Of a stretch of DNA of 64,000 nucleotides, positions 29,951-39,935 are shown one piece after another. Every line of letters begins with the position of its first letter. Positions within the stretch are counted from its first letter, which is position 1. Under the pieces are notes generated by a model. That model saw only the letters and a program-made list of their open reading frames with translations, had not been told where the DNA came from and ran no database searches. The position numbers and the translations under genes were made by a program. The DNA is from Brevinematales bacterium (GTDB lineage: Bacteria > Spirochaetota > Brevinematia > Brevinematales > JAOACQ01). The stretch is from NCBI GenBank assembly GCA_037479045.1, contig JBBFLL010000012.1, positions 2,355-66,354 on the forward strand, written 5' to 3'.

Positions 29951-30730
29951 TTAATTTAATCTGGCAATTGTCCATTTTCTATTTGCCTGTTCAAAAATTC
30001 TAACATTTATATCAAAGGCTTCGGAAATATCTTTCTCGTTTATTAAACTTTTATCTCCTGATTTAAGTATCTTACCATTTTTTAATATCAAAATTCTATC
30101 AAAAAAATTTAAGATTTCTTCTGTATGATGGGTTACAAATATAGCAGAAATTCTCTTATGAATTTTAAATGTATTTTCAAGTGCTTCCAAAAATTCTTCT
30201 CTTGAAGCAATATCAAGATTAGAACAGGGTTCATCAAGAATTAAAAGTTCAGGTTCATTCATCATTGCACGAGCTATTAAAACTCTCTCTTTCTCTCCAT
30301 CAGAAAGATTTCCAAAAAATCTATTCTTCAAGTGAATACAATTTACCATTTCAAGAAAAGTATTTGCTTTTTCATAGTCTACTTTTGTATATTCATCATA
30401 TTTACCTATAGTGGCATATTTACCACTTACTACAGCATCTATTACTATTTCATTCTCATGCATATAGTGTTTGATACTTGTTCCTAAAAATCCAATCTTT
30501 TTTCTGATTTCTCTCAAATCTGATTCACCATGTCGTTCTCCAAATCTATATATTTCCCCAGAACTCGGCGAAATATATCCTGCTATTAACTGAAGGAGAA
30601 GGGATTTGCCACTGCCATTTTTCCCAAGAATTGCCATTTTTTCACCAGAAGAAAGCTCAAAACTTATATTTTCAAGAAGTATTTTATCTTCTCTTTTTAA
30701 TAAAATATTCTCTAATTTTAAAATATTCAT
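29951..30730 (-). CDS. ABC ATP-binding protein (YlmA/ModF-like)
   Basis: GKNGSGKS, LSDGE, ILDEPC, VTHH. Confidence 0.88.
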   Translation of the reverse strand: MNILKLENILLKREDKILLENISFELSSGEKMAILGKNGSGKSLLLQLIAGYISPSSGEIYRFGERHGESDLREIRKKIGFLGTSIKHYMHENEIVIDAVVSGKYATIGKYDEYTKVDYEKANTFLEMVNCIHLKNRFFGNLSDGEKERVLIARAMMNEPELLILDEPCSNLDIASREEFLEALENTFKIHKRISAIFVTHHTEEILNFFDRILILKNGKILKSGDKSLINEKDISEAFDINVRIFEQANRKWTIARLN

Positions 30731-30818
30731 AAAGTTGACTTTTTAATAAAATAAGTTAAAATATACACAATGCACCTCCGCTGATGGACGGGAAACCCAC
30801 GGGGGTCCGTCCATCGGT

Positions 30819-31841
30819 CTATTTAATCCTCTTAATTTTTTCTATTATTTCATGAAATGAGTTACCTGAAATCTTTTCGGAAGGATATAAATTTTTACCA
30901 TCAGGAAGTTCAATAATTCCTTTCTGGACAAAATAAATGCTTGCTTCATAAAAAAAGTCGTCTACATTTACATCTTTTATTGGGCTATTGGTTTTATATT
31001 TCTCTGGAAATTTTCTGTAAAATGTGGCTATATCCTTATAGTTATTTTTCTCAAGAAGTTTGAATATTATATAAATAACTTCTTTTTTTTCAATCTGTTT
31101 ATTTAAAAAAGCACCCTCTGGAATTATTTTTTCATCAACCAAAGGTTTTATTGCTTTTGAATCAATTTTCTGAATATTAAAAACTTTGAGTAAAGACGTT
31201 TCCGAATTTATGATATTTAACACATCTTCTAATGTAAGGCTTTCTATGAGTATCCATTTTTTTTGTGTATTTTTATCAAGATTCTTGAATTTTGATGCTT
31301 TTTCAAGTTTCTCCCCGTATAAATTCTTATAGGTATATGGTAATTTGGAAAGTGCATCATCAAGATAAGCGTATGCTTTTGAATATTCTGATCTATCAAA
31401 ATATAAAAGTCCTATTTCAAGCTCTATTCTTGGATTTTTCTCAAATTCTTTTTCTCCTTCTAAAAGCAAGGAAAGTTTTTTTTCTTCATTTTTTTCTATC
31501 CAGCTTTTAAGAATATAAGATTGGGGTATTTTTTCTTTTATGTTCTTAAGTGATTTTTCAAATTCGTTCTGGTTATTTTCAAGATATGCTATTTCAGCTT
31601 TCAAAGCCCATAATCTTGATGAGAATTCCTTGTTTATTATCTTGTTTGAAAGGTAATCACTTACTTCAAATTTGGAAGTTGATAAAATCTTTGTATCTTT
31701 TGATAATCTATATTCAACAAGGTTTTCTTCAATTTTTTCAAGTTTTTTAAAATCTTCTGTGCTTATTGATTTTACCTCAATCGGTTTTGTTTCTTTTCCA
31801 CATGCAGAAAAAATGATACAAATAATTAAAAGAATTCTCAT
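30819..31841 (-). CDS. TPR lipoprotein with C-terminal SLH-like motif
   Basis: Lipobox FSAC; TPR helices; KDVNVDDFFYEA...KGII...DG...YPSEKIS. Confidence 0.65.
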   Translation of the reverse strand: MRILLIICIIFSACGKETKPIEVKSISTEDFKKLEKIEENLVEYRLSKDTKILSTSKFEVSDYLSNKIINKEFSSRLWALKAEIAYLENNQNEFEKSLKNIKEKIPQSYILKSWIEKNEEKKLSLLLEGEKEFEKNPRIELEIGLLYFDRSEYSKAYAYLDDALSKLPYTYKNLYGEKLEKASKFKNLDKNTQKKWILIESLTLEDVLNIINSETSLLKVFNIQKIDSKAIKPLVDEKIIPEGAFLNKQIEKKEVIYIIFKLLEKNNYKDIATFYRKFPEKYKTNSPIKDVNVDDFFYEASIYFVQKGIIELPDGKNLYPSEKISGNSFHEIIEKIKRIK

Positions 31842-31842
31842 T

Positions 31843-33123
31843 TTATATTCCCCCCTTAAGTTTTAATCCCTTTTGACCAATATCTTTCCTATAATGCATA
31901 TCTTTAAAATATATTTTTTCAACTCTCTCGTAAGATTTTTTTATTGCTTCTTCAAGAGTTTGCCCCAATGCAGAAACACATAAAACTCTTCCTCCTGAAG
32001 TATAAAACTTTCCTTCATCATAAATAGTTCCGGCATGAAAAACAATACTATCTTTTCTGTCTTCCAGATCTCCAGTTATTTCATATCCTTTTTTGTAGTT
32101 TCCGGGATAACCGCCAGAAGCTAAAACAACACAATTACAATATCCGGGATAAAAATCTATCTTAAGTTCGTTTAATTTTCCATTTAAGGTAGCGAGAGCT
32201 ATCTCTACAAAATCAGTCTTTAAAAGAGGTAAAACAGCCTCTGCTTCAGGATCTCCAAATCTTATATTATATTCTATTACAGCGGGTCCTGAATTTGTAA
32301 GCATAAGTCCAAAGTAAAGAATACCCTTGTATGGTGCACCTTCTCTTTCCATACCTTTTATAGTTGGTTTTATTATGTTCTCTTCTATTATTTTTCTGGT
32401 TTGCTCATCAAGAAATGGAACTGGAGCAAAAGCCCCCATTCCTCCTGTATTAGGCCCTTCATCATTGTCAAAAACTCTTTTATGATCCTGAGCTACTGCA
32501 AGCCATTTGTAATTTTTGCCATCAGCAACAACAAACACACTTACTTCAACTCCAGAAAGTATATCCTCTATAACTATTCTATCTCCAGCACTGCCAAATT
32601 CTTTGTTTACCATAATTCTTTTGATTGCATTAAGAGTTTCTTCAACAGTTTTACACACTATAGCTCCCTTTCCAGCCGCAAGCCCATCTGTTTTTACTAC
32701 AAAAGGTTTACCAGCCTTTTCTACAAAATTGAATGCGTCCTCTGGATTATGAAAAATAGCAAATTTCGCCGTTGGAATTGAATATCTATGGAGAAAATCC
32801 TTAAGATATGCTTTTGAACCTTCAAGTCTTGAAGCCTTAAACGAAGGTCCAAAAACTTTAACCTTTTCTTTTTCTAAAATGTCTACCACACCATAAACAA
32901 GTGGTTCTTCAGGACCTACTATGACAAGGTCTATATTTGCTAACTTAACAAATTCTATTAAGTCTTTGAAAGGAGGTTTTAAATCTACAGGAACATTTCT
33001 ACCATATTTTGTTGTGCCTCCATTCCCAGGAAGTATATATAAGTTTTTACATCTTGGACTTTTTGAAATCGCCCATGCCAAAGCAGATTCTCTACCACCA
33101 CCGCCAAGTATTGCTATATTCAT
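31843..33123 (-). CDS. purD: Phosphoribosylamine-glycine ligase
   Basis: GGGGRE, VGPE, LEGSK, DGLAAGKG, QDHKR, GPNTGGMG, EYNIRFGDPE. Confidence 0.97.
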   Translation of the reverse strand: MNIAILGGGGRESALAWAISKSPRCKNLYILPGNGGTTKYGRNVPVDLKPPFKDLIEFVKLANIDLVIVGPEEPLVYGVVDILEKEKVKVFGPSFKASRLEGSKAYLKDFLHRYSIPTAKFAIFHNPEDAFNFVEKAGKPFVVKTDGLAAGKGAIVCKTVEETLNAIKRIMVNKEFGSAGDRIVIEDILSGVEVSVFVVADGKNYKWLAVAQDHKRVFDNDEGPNTGGMGAFAPVPFLDEQTRKIIEENIIKPTIKGMEREGAPYKGILYFGLMLTNSGPAVIEYNIRFGDPEAEAVLPLLKTDFVEIALATLNGKLNELKIDFYPGYCNCVVLASGGYPGNYKKGYEITGDLEDRKDSIVFHAGTIYDEGKFYTSGGRVLCVSALGQTLEEAIKKSYERVEKIYFKDMHYRKDIGQKGLKLKGGI

Positions 33124-33209
33124 TTTACTCTCCCGAAATATTATATAAAAAAAAGAAAAACAAATCAAACATATTGACAAAAATTATCACTTATATTAAT
33201 CTTATTAAT

Positions 33210-33767
33210 ATGAAGTTAAAATATATAATATTGTGTCTGATTTTAATTTCCTGTGCCAGGTATTACAAAATTGAAGACTTAAGAATAGAGAAGCCTCAAA
33301 ATGCTTATCTTTTTGGCACATACTCTTTTACAACTAATTTTGTTTATCTGCCTTCAAGGATAGGTATTTCACTTAATAAAGACAGTAAAATTTCAACTTA
33401 TTTTATATTCAACCAGAATGAGGGTATATTCCTAATACCAATTGATGAAGGTAAATATAAATTTATTTCAATTGACTTATATTCAAAATATACCTACGAA
33501 ACTTATGATAGTCAAAAGGTTAATTTCACCCTGAATGTAAAGGAAAATACCATTTATTATCTTGGAAAGTTTATTCCAGTTCTCTCTTTTGATGTTGAGT
33601 ATATCTACTGGGGAATTTCCCAAATATCTGATAACTTAGATAAGGACATTGTTTTATTAAAAAAAATAAATCAAATCGAAAACTTTGAAATTACAAATAT
33701 TACTCTATATAATATTGGGAAAATAAAAAAATTAAAATATTCTCCAGCTTCACCATCAAATTTTTAA
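33210..33767 (+). CDS. Hypothetical lipoprotein
   Basis: MKLKYIILCLILISC lipobox; start corrected from the ORF track. Confidence 0.65.
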   Translation: MKLKYIILCLILISCARYYKIEDLRIEKPQNAYLFGTYSFTTNFVYLPSRIGISLNKDSKISTYFIFNQNEGIFLIPIDEGKYKFISIDLYSKYTYETYDSQKVNFTLNVKENTIYYLGKFIPVLSFDVEYIYWGISQISDNLDKDIVLLKKINQIENFEITNITLYNIGKIKKLKYSPASPSNF

Positions 33768-33776
33768 GGGGTTTTT

Positions 33777-35141
33777 ATGGATGAAATGTCTATCCTTGAT
33801 GAAAGTGAGTTGAATTTATTGTCAAAAGATCTTGCAATCAAAAAACTTGGCGAAGGAATTTACGATTCACCCATAGATTTTTTTAATGATAACTTAGTTA
33901 AAGAAAAGATTTTTATCGACGATGATGAAAAAATGTTTCCTATCATTGAAAGCTCAAAGGTCGAAATTGTAAAGAAAACAAGTAAAAACATACCTCTTTT
34001 TGAACTTGGAGGTGCAAGAAAGAAACTCTTTTTTGAGCCGGGAAAAACAAAATCAGCAATTGTAACCTGTGGTGGGCTTTGCCCCGGACTTAACGCTGTA
34101 ATACGTGGAATTGTAATGATGAACTATTACCTCTACAAAAATCAAATTACTTACGGAATAAAATATGGCTTTGAAGGACTTGTTAAAGAAAAAGGTCATG
34201 AGGTTGTTCTTTTAACACCCGATCTTGTCAGAGACATTCATCTTGAAGGAGGAACTATACTTGGCTCTTCAAGAGGTCCTCAGGATTTTGGAAAGATGGT
34301 TGACAGACTCGAAGAATTAGGAATAGATATTCTATATACGGTTGGTGGTGATGGTACTCAAAAGGGTGCTCTTTCTATTCAAAAAGAAATAGAAAAAAGA
34401 GGTCTTAAGATATCAGTTATAGGAATACCGAAAACCATAGATAATGATATATACTATATCCAAAAGTCTTTTGGATTTGAAACAGCTTTTTCAAAAGCCT
34501 GCGAAGTTATATATTCTGCTCATGTTGAAGCAGAGGCAAGTTATAATGGTATTGGCATTGTAAAGGTTATGGGTAGAGATTCTGGTTTTATAGCAGCTTA
34601 TGCTACAATTGCTTCAAATTTAGTTAATTTCTGTCTTGTTCCAGAGCTTGATTTTGATATAGAAGGTGAAAATGGTTTGTTGAAACACCTTGAAAAGAGA
34701 CTTTTAAGAAGAAAGCATGCTGTTATAGTTGTTGCCGAAGGAGCGGGACAAAAATATGTAAGCGATCCAGATAACCCTCAGTATGATGCTTCTGGCAATC
34801 TCAAACTCGGTGATATAGGAGTTTATCTTAAAGATAGAATAAAAGATTATTTCCGTGAAAAAAAGATTCCTGTTTCTATAAAATATATAGACCCAAGTTA
34901 TACAATAAGAAGCACCCCAACTACTCCTAATGATTCTGTATTCTGTATTCAGCTTGCACAAATGGCTGTCCATGCAGGTATGTCGGGAAGAACAGGAATG
35001 ATAATTGGCTATTATAATGATCACTTTATTCACATTCCTATGGAAATTGCAACTATGAAAAGAAAAAGACTGGATCTTGCTTCTCAATTATGGCTTTCAG
35101 TCCTCGAATCTACAGGTCAGCCAGCAAATATGAAAAATTGA
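33777..35141 (+). CDS. pfkA: 6-phosphofructokinase of the PPi-PFK-like lineage, probably ATP-dependent
   Basis: TCGGLCPG, GGTILGSSRG, GGDGT (Gly at the donor-specificity position), PKTIDND, MGR. Confidence 0.9.
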   Translation: MDEMSILDESELNLLSKDLAIKKLGEGIYDSPIDFFNDNLVKEKIFIDDDEKMFPIIESSKVEIVKKTSKNIPLFELGGARKKLFFEPGKTKSAIVTCGGLCPGLNAVIRGIVMMNYYLYKNQITYGIKYGFEGLVKEKGHEVVLLTPDLVRDIHLEGGTILGSSRGPQDFGKMVDRLEELGIDILYTVGGDGTQKGALSIQKEIEKRGLKISVIGIPKTIDNDIYYIQKSFGFETAFSKACEVIYSAHVEAEASYNGIGIVKVMGRDSGFIAAYATIASNLVNFCLVPELDFDIEGENGLLKHLEKRLLRRKHAVIVVAEGAGQKYVSDPDNPQYDASGNLKLGDIGVYLKDRIKDYFREKKIPVSIKYIDPSYTIRSTPTTPNDSVFCIQLAQMAVHAGMSGRTGMIIGYYNDHFIHIPMEIATMKRKRLDLASQLWLSVLESTGQPANMKN

Positions 35142-35149
35142 AAAAATTT

Positions 35150-36475
35150 TTATTCTTGAAAATTCAAATTTGCAATTTCAAAAAGAGATTTTATCTTAAA
35201 AATCCTTTCTAATTCCTCATTTTGTTGATTTGAAACAAAAAAACGCTTAAACCCATACCTTATGGATTCTTTAACTCGTTTTGATATGTTTTTAACGGGT
35301 CTTATTTCTGCTGATAATCCAAGCTCACCAATAAAACCTATAAAATAAGGGATTGGTTTTTCATAAAAAGAAGAAAGCACAGATATTGCTATAGAAAAAT
35401 CAATGGCTGGATCAAAAATATTTAATCCATTAGTTATATTAAGATAAATATCCAATTTCTGTAATGGAAGTTTAAGGTGTTTTTCAATTATAGCAAGAAT
35501 CATTATAAAACGATTAAGGTCAAACCCATAGGCAATACGTCTCGGGAAATTAGAGGAAGCCGGTGAACACAAAGATTGAACTTCGGTAAGTATTACACGT
35601 GAGCCCTCAAGATGAGGAAAAATAACAGAGCCAATTTTGTTTTCTTTAATATTTTCTATTAAGTTAATCTCATTTTGACTTATAAGACCATTTTCTTCCA
35701 TCAAAAAAAAACCTATTTCATCAGTTTTATAAAATCTATTTTTCAAACTTCTTAAAATCCGATAGAATCCCTTGTTATCAACATCGATAAAAAAAACACT
35801 ATCAACAAGATGTTCAATGACTTTTGGGCCTGCTATTTCGCCAGCTTTATTTATATGGCCTATAAGAATGAGAGGAAAATTTTTCTGTTTTGAAAAAGAA
35901 ACCAGTTTATTCACACATTCTTTTATTTGAAGAAGATTGCCCGGTAGAGAAGCTATTTCATTCGAATAAATGGTTTGAATGGAATCTATTATAAGAAGGA
36001 CGTTAGTTTTGTCTTTAAGAGTGTTTATTATTGAGTTTATCTCGGGATTGTTGTATAAAAAAATTTTTTCATTTTTTATATTCAATCTTTCAAATTTAAG
36101 TTTAATTTGTGAGTTTGATTCTTCTCCATTAACATAAAAAACATCAAAATTTCTGGAAAGAGAATTGGCAAGCATCATTGCAAGTGTAGTTTTGCCTGTT
36201 CCCGGTTCACCAGAAAGAAGAATAGTTTGACCTTTTAATATTCCACCTGCTACTCTATCAAACTCTGAAATATCAGTGTAATATCTTTCTATCTCCATTA
36301 AAGGTATAGAACTAAGATTTACAACTTGAACTCCATTATTATAGCTAACTTTTTTTTGAGAATTTTCAACTACATCTTCGATAAATGTATTCCAGTTATT
36401 ACACTCCGGACATTTTCCAAGCCATTTCGTTGAAGTATAGCCACATTCTGAACAAATAAAAATTGTTTTAAGCAT
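35150..36475 (-). CDS. radA: DNA repair protein RadA/Sms
   Basis: C4 zinc finger, GEPGTGKT, IDSIQT, AGPKVIEHLVD, KNRF, Lon-like C-terminus. Confidence 0.93.
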   Translation of the reverse strand: MLKTIFICSECGYTSTKWLGKCPECNNWNTFIEDVVENSQKKVSYNNGVQVVNLSSIPLMEIERYYTDISEFDRVAGGILKGQTILLSGEPGTGKTTLAMMLANSLSRNFDVFYVNGEESNSQIKLKFERLNIKNEKIFLYNNPEINSIINTLKDKTNVLLIIDSIQTIYSNEIASLPGNLLQIKECVNKLVSFSKQKNFPLILIGHINKAGEIAGPKVIEHLVDSVFFIDVDNKGFYRILRSLKNRFYKTDEIGFFLMEENGLISQNEINLIENIKENKIGSVIFPHLEGSRVILTEVQSLCSPASSNFPRRIAYGFDLNRFIMILAIIEKHLKLPLQKLDIYLNITNGLNIFDPAIDFSIAISVLSSFYEKPIPYFIGFIGELGLSAEIRPVKNISKRVKESIRYGFKRFFVSNQQNEELERIFKIKSLFEIANLNFQE

Positions 36476-36695
36476 TTTTATCCGGATTCTTTGGATAAAT
36501 AAATAAAACTGTTAAAATTCCAAGTAAAAAGCCCAAAAATAAGCATATTAAAAGTAAAAATACAAGAGGAGCGGAGAATAAAAATCCTAAAAATTTAAAT
36601 TCCACAGTATTTGAATTTTGAAAGATAAGTATTAATACTATTAATGAAATAAGAAGATAAGATATTATTCTTATCCAGAATTTGAGATTTTTCAT
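36468..36695 (-). CDS. LapA-family small membrane protein
   Basis: TM-QN-x-V-x-F-TM pattern (IFQNSNTVEFKFL...PL). Confidence 0.75.
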   Translation of the reverse strand: MKNLKFWIRIISYLLISLIVLILIFQNSNTVEFKFLGFLFSAPLVFLLLICLFLGFLLGILTVLFIYPKNPDKNA

Positions 36696-36798
36696 TTTAT
36701 TCCCTCTTGTCTGTATTATAAAAAGCATTTTTCAAATAGTCAAATATTGAAAATTTTAGACTTCTGTGTTAAGATAAACAAATAGGAGGAGAACCAAA

Positions 36799-37437
36799 AT
36801 GAAATGTTTTCGATTTATTTTTTTGATAATACCTTTTTTATTTTCCTGTAATGAATCAAAAACAACTGTAAAGGGAGGAATCAAATCAATTCCTTACAAC
36901 AAGAGAATACTTGTAGCAGTTGGAACAATTGAAAATAAAACAGGAGATACATCTCACAATGCCACACTTGAAAACGCCACGGGTATATTTATTTCAGAAC
37001 TTGACTCAACAGAGTGTTTCAGATTAATTGAGAGACAAAGAATAAAAACCATTTTAGAAGAACAAAAGTTAGGAATATCAGGAATAATAGACCCCTCAAA
37101 GACAAAAGAGGTAGGAAAACTACTTGGTGCTGATGCAATACTTTTTGCATCGTTATCCGAAGTTTATCGAATTGTTGATGAGAGAAAGGCTGGTGTTGCT
37201 ATTAAGAAAAACGAAAAAATTACCGTAGTAATGGATGCAAGACTCGTAAATGTAGAAACAGGTGAAATTTTATCAAGTTCTAAAGTTTCCCTTGTTTATG
37301 AAAATGAATACGCCTCAATTGGAGAACTTAAAAAAGGTAACGAAATGGATTTCCAAACTGTAGTTAAAGAAAAAATTGAAGAAGCAGCAAAGAAACTTGC
37401 TTACGAAATAGCATTAAAATATTCACAAAGATTTTAA
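36799..37437 (+). CDS. CsgG/HfaB-family lipoprotein
   Basis: Lipobox LFSC; FRLIERQ...ILEEQ, GKLLGAD, ARLVNVETGEI. Confidence 0.85.
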   Translation: MKCFRFIFLIIPFLFSCNESKTTVKGGIKSIPYNKRILVAVGTIENKTGDTSHNATLENATGIFISELDSTECFRLIERQRIKTILEEQKLGISGIIDPSKTKEVGKLLGADAILFASLSEVYRIVDERKAGVAIKKNEKITVVMDARLVNVETGEILSSSKVSLVYENEYASIGELKKGNEMDFQTVVKEKIEEAAKKLAYEIALKYSQRF

Positions 37438-39455
37438 GACTTTAAAATCCTTAGAGAATTGAGAGTGGCAAGAACTGCCACTCCCACGTCTCCAAAGACA
37501 GCTTCCCACATATTTGCCACTCCGGTAAGTCCAAGACTTATGAATGCCAATTTTACTGTTAAAGCAAAAATAATATTTTCTATGACTATTTTTCTTGTTT
37601 TTCTTGCTATTTTTATAGCAAGCGGAATCTTTTCAAGATTATCATCCATTAACACAATATCAGAGTATTCGAGGGCTATGTCGCTACCCATTTTACCCAT
37701 TGCTATTCCCGGATTTGCCATTGCTAAGGATGGAGAGTCATTTATTCCATCCCCCACAAAAGCTGTGTTTTTTTGTCCAGCAACAATTTTTGCCTTATCC
37801 TCCGGCAAAAGTTCAGCAAAATAATTAACTCCAAGTTCTTTTGCCACTGATTCTGTTGATTTTTTATTGTCTCCTGAAAGAATAGCTATATTTATATTCA
37901 ATTTTTTGATTTTTTCCAGAGAAGATTTTGCTTCTTCTTTTATTTCATCACCAACTGTTATATAACCTGCATATTTTTTATTCACCACTACATTTATCGT
38001 AGTCTCTGCAAAATCACAATTTTTATGTTGAATATCAAAATAGTGTAAAATTTTATCATTTCCAACAATAATTTTATCTTTATTAATCTCTGCAATTATA
38101 CCCATTCCCTCAATTTCCTTATATTCTTTGGGTTCAGTGTCAATCTCTTTAGCATATTCTTCTTTAATCGATAAGGCAATAGGATGATTTGAATGTGCCT
38201 CTGCAACTGCAGCATATGATAAGATTTCCTCTTTTGTAAAATTGTTTTCAGGATAAATATCTTTAACCTTAAATTTTCCTTTTGTAATTGTGCCAGTTTT
38301 ATCAAAGAAAATATTTTCAATGCTATTTAATTTATCAATACAATCAGAACCTTTCAATAGAATTCCATTCTTTGAAGAAATACCTATACCAGCAAAATAG
38401 GATAGTGGTATACTTATCACTAAAGCACATGGACAGGAAATAACAAGCACGACAAGACCTCTATATATCCAATCTGAAAAGTTTTGATTGAAAAGCAATG
38501 GAGGAATTATTGCAATTAAAACAGCGATTGCTTCAACAATAGGTGTATAAAAAGAAGCAAATTTTGTGAAGAAAAGTTCTGTTTTTGCCTTTTTATGAAC
38601 AGCATTCTGGATTAAGTCCATAATCTTTGAAATTGAAGATTCATAAAATGGCTTTGTTACTTTTATCGTTATTAAACCATTTTTGTTTATTGTTCCAGCT
38701 AAAACCTCATCTCCTACCGAAAAATTTTTTGGCATACTTTCCCCTGTAATTGGAGAGGTGTCAATATAAGAAGTCCCTTCTATAATTATACCGTCAATTG
38801 GAATTTTTTCGCCGGCTTTTATTATTATTTCATCACCAACTTTTATTTCTTCTGGAGAAATTTTTATTACACCATTTTCAGTTTTGAGGTTGGCATAATC
38901 TGGTTTTAATTCAAGAAGTTTTTTAATTGATCTTCTTGAATGATTTAAAGATAAATTTTCAAAAAACTTTCCTGTTTTATAGAAAAGCATTACGCCAGCT
39001 GCTTCTTCAACTTCTCCAATTGCCATTGCACCTATGCTTGCAATAGTCATAAATAAATTTTCATCAAAAAATTTCTGATTTTTTATATTATTAAAACTTG
39101 CTTTAAAGACATCAAAACCAGAAATTAAATAAATCAATAATATTATTGGCATTGTAATTGTTGAAGAAAATTTATTCATCAAAAACAAAAGAGGAATAAA
39201 AATAGCCAATAAAATGGAAAGAAATAATATTTCCCTTCCCGGATTAAAATCTTCTTCTTTTTCTAAAATTTCAATGGATGGCTCAATTTTTTTTATCTCT
39301 TCTTTTACTTTCTGTAGGTTTTCTGCATTTATATTCATTGATAGAGTTGCAAAATCTATAGATATTTCTTTAACACCATCAAGATTTTTAAGAGATTTTT
39401 CTATTTTAGCTGCACAATCAGCACAATCCAGATTTTTAAGATAAAACTTTTTCAT
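37434..39455 (-). CDS. cadA: Zn/Cd/Pb-translocating P1B-type ATPase
   Basis: HMA CADC, TGES, SCPC, DKTGT, HP, GDGIND. Confidence 0.93.
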   Translation of the reverse strand: MKKFYLKNLDCADCAAKIEKSLKNLDGVKEISIDFATLSMNINAENLQKVKEEIKKIEPSIEILEKEEDFNPGREILFLSILLAIFIPLLFLMNKFSSTITMPIILLIYLISGFDVFKASFNNIKNQKFFDENLFMTIASIGAMAIGEVEEAAGVMLFYKTGKFFENLSLNHSRRSIKKLLELKPDYANLKTENGVIKISPEEIKVGDEIIIKAGEKIPIDGIIIEGTSYIDTSPITGESMPKNFSVGDEVLAGTINKNGLITIKVTKPFYESSISKIMDLIQNAVHKKAKTELFFTKFASFYTPIVEAIAVLIAIIPPLLFNQNFSDWIYRGLVVLVISCPCALVISIPLSYFAGIGISSKNGILLKGSDCIDKLNSIENIFFDKTGTITKGKFKVKDIYPENNFTKEEILSYAAVAEAHSNHPIALSIKEEYAKEIDTEPKEYKEIEGMGIIAEINKDKIIVGNDKILHYFDIQHKNCDFAETTINVVVNKKYAGYITVGDEIKEEAKSSLEKIKKLNINIAILSGDNKKSTESVAKELGVNYFAELLPEDKAKIVAGQKNTAFVGDGINDSPSLAMANPGIAMGKMGSDIALEYSDIVLMDDNLEKIPLAIKIARKTRKIVIENIIFALTVKLAFISLGLTGVANMWEAVFGDVGVAVLATLNSLRILKS

Positions 39456-39456
39456 A

Positions 39457-39816
39457 TTAACCTCTTTTCTCTAAAATATGAGTTTTAGCAAGCTCGTAAA
39501 TTTGCTCAACATGCTCATCATTTAATGAATAATACACTACTTTTCCTTCTTTTCTGTATTTTACAAGATCAGCCTCTCTAAGCAATCTTAATTGATGTGA
39601 AATAGCTGAATGTGTCATATTCATAATCTCAGATATATCACATACACATAATTCATTATTGAGTAATGCATTCATAATCTTTATCCTTGTTGGATCTCCC
39701 ATTATTTTAAAAAAACTCGAAATATTCTTTATCAATTTTTCTTCTGGCATAGTTTCCTTCGCCTTTTTAATACTGTCTTCATGCAATTCTTCACACGCAC
39801 AATCATATTCTTTCAT
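39457..39816 (-). CDS. ArsR/SmtB-family metal-sensing repressor
   Basis: FKIMGDPTR, ELCVCD, SAISHQLRLL, DEHV. Confidence 0.93.
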   Translation of the reverse strand: MKEYDCACEELHEDSIKKAKETMPEEKLIKNISSFFKIMGDPTRIKIMNALLNNELCVCDISEIMNMTHSAISHQLRLLREADLVKYRKEGKVVYYSLNDEHVEQIYELAKTHILEKRG

Positions 39817-39880
39817 ATAAATACTCCCAAGTTATTTTTATTTCCTGAATTAAAAATTTTTGAATAAACCACCAATGAAT

Positions 39881-39900
39881 ATATGAACAATAGTTCATAT
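39881..39900. promoter_or_regulatory. SmtB/ArsR-type operator palindrome
   Basis: ATATGAAC-AATA-GTTCATAT between the minus-strand TTGACA (39930-39935) and the repressor gene. Confidence 0.8.
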
Positions 39901-39935
39901 GTTTTATATTAATAAAACCTTTCAATTTTGTCAAG

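Noticed and set aside
35720-35750. RadA motif KNRFY instead of KNRFG
   Set aside because: A single substitution in a generally divergent but full-length protein; not enough to call loss of function.
38520-38550. Glu within a CadA transmembrane helix (YTPIVEAIA)
   Set aside because: All catalytic and metal-binding motifs are intact; cannot be told apart from a neutral variant or base error.
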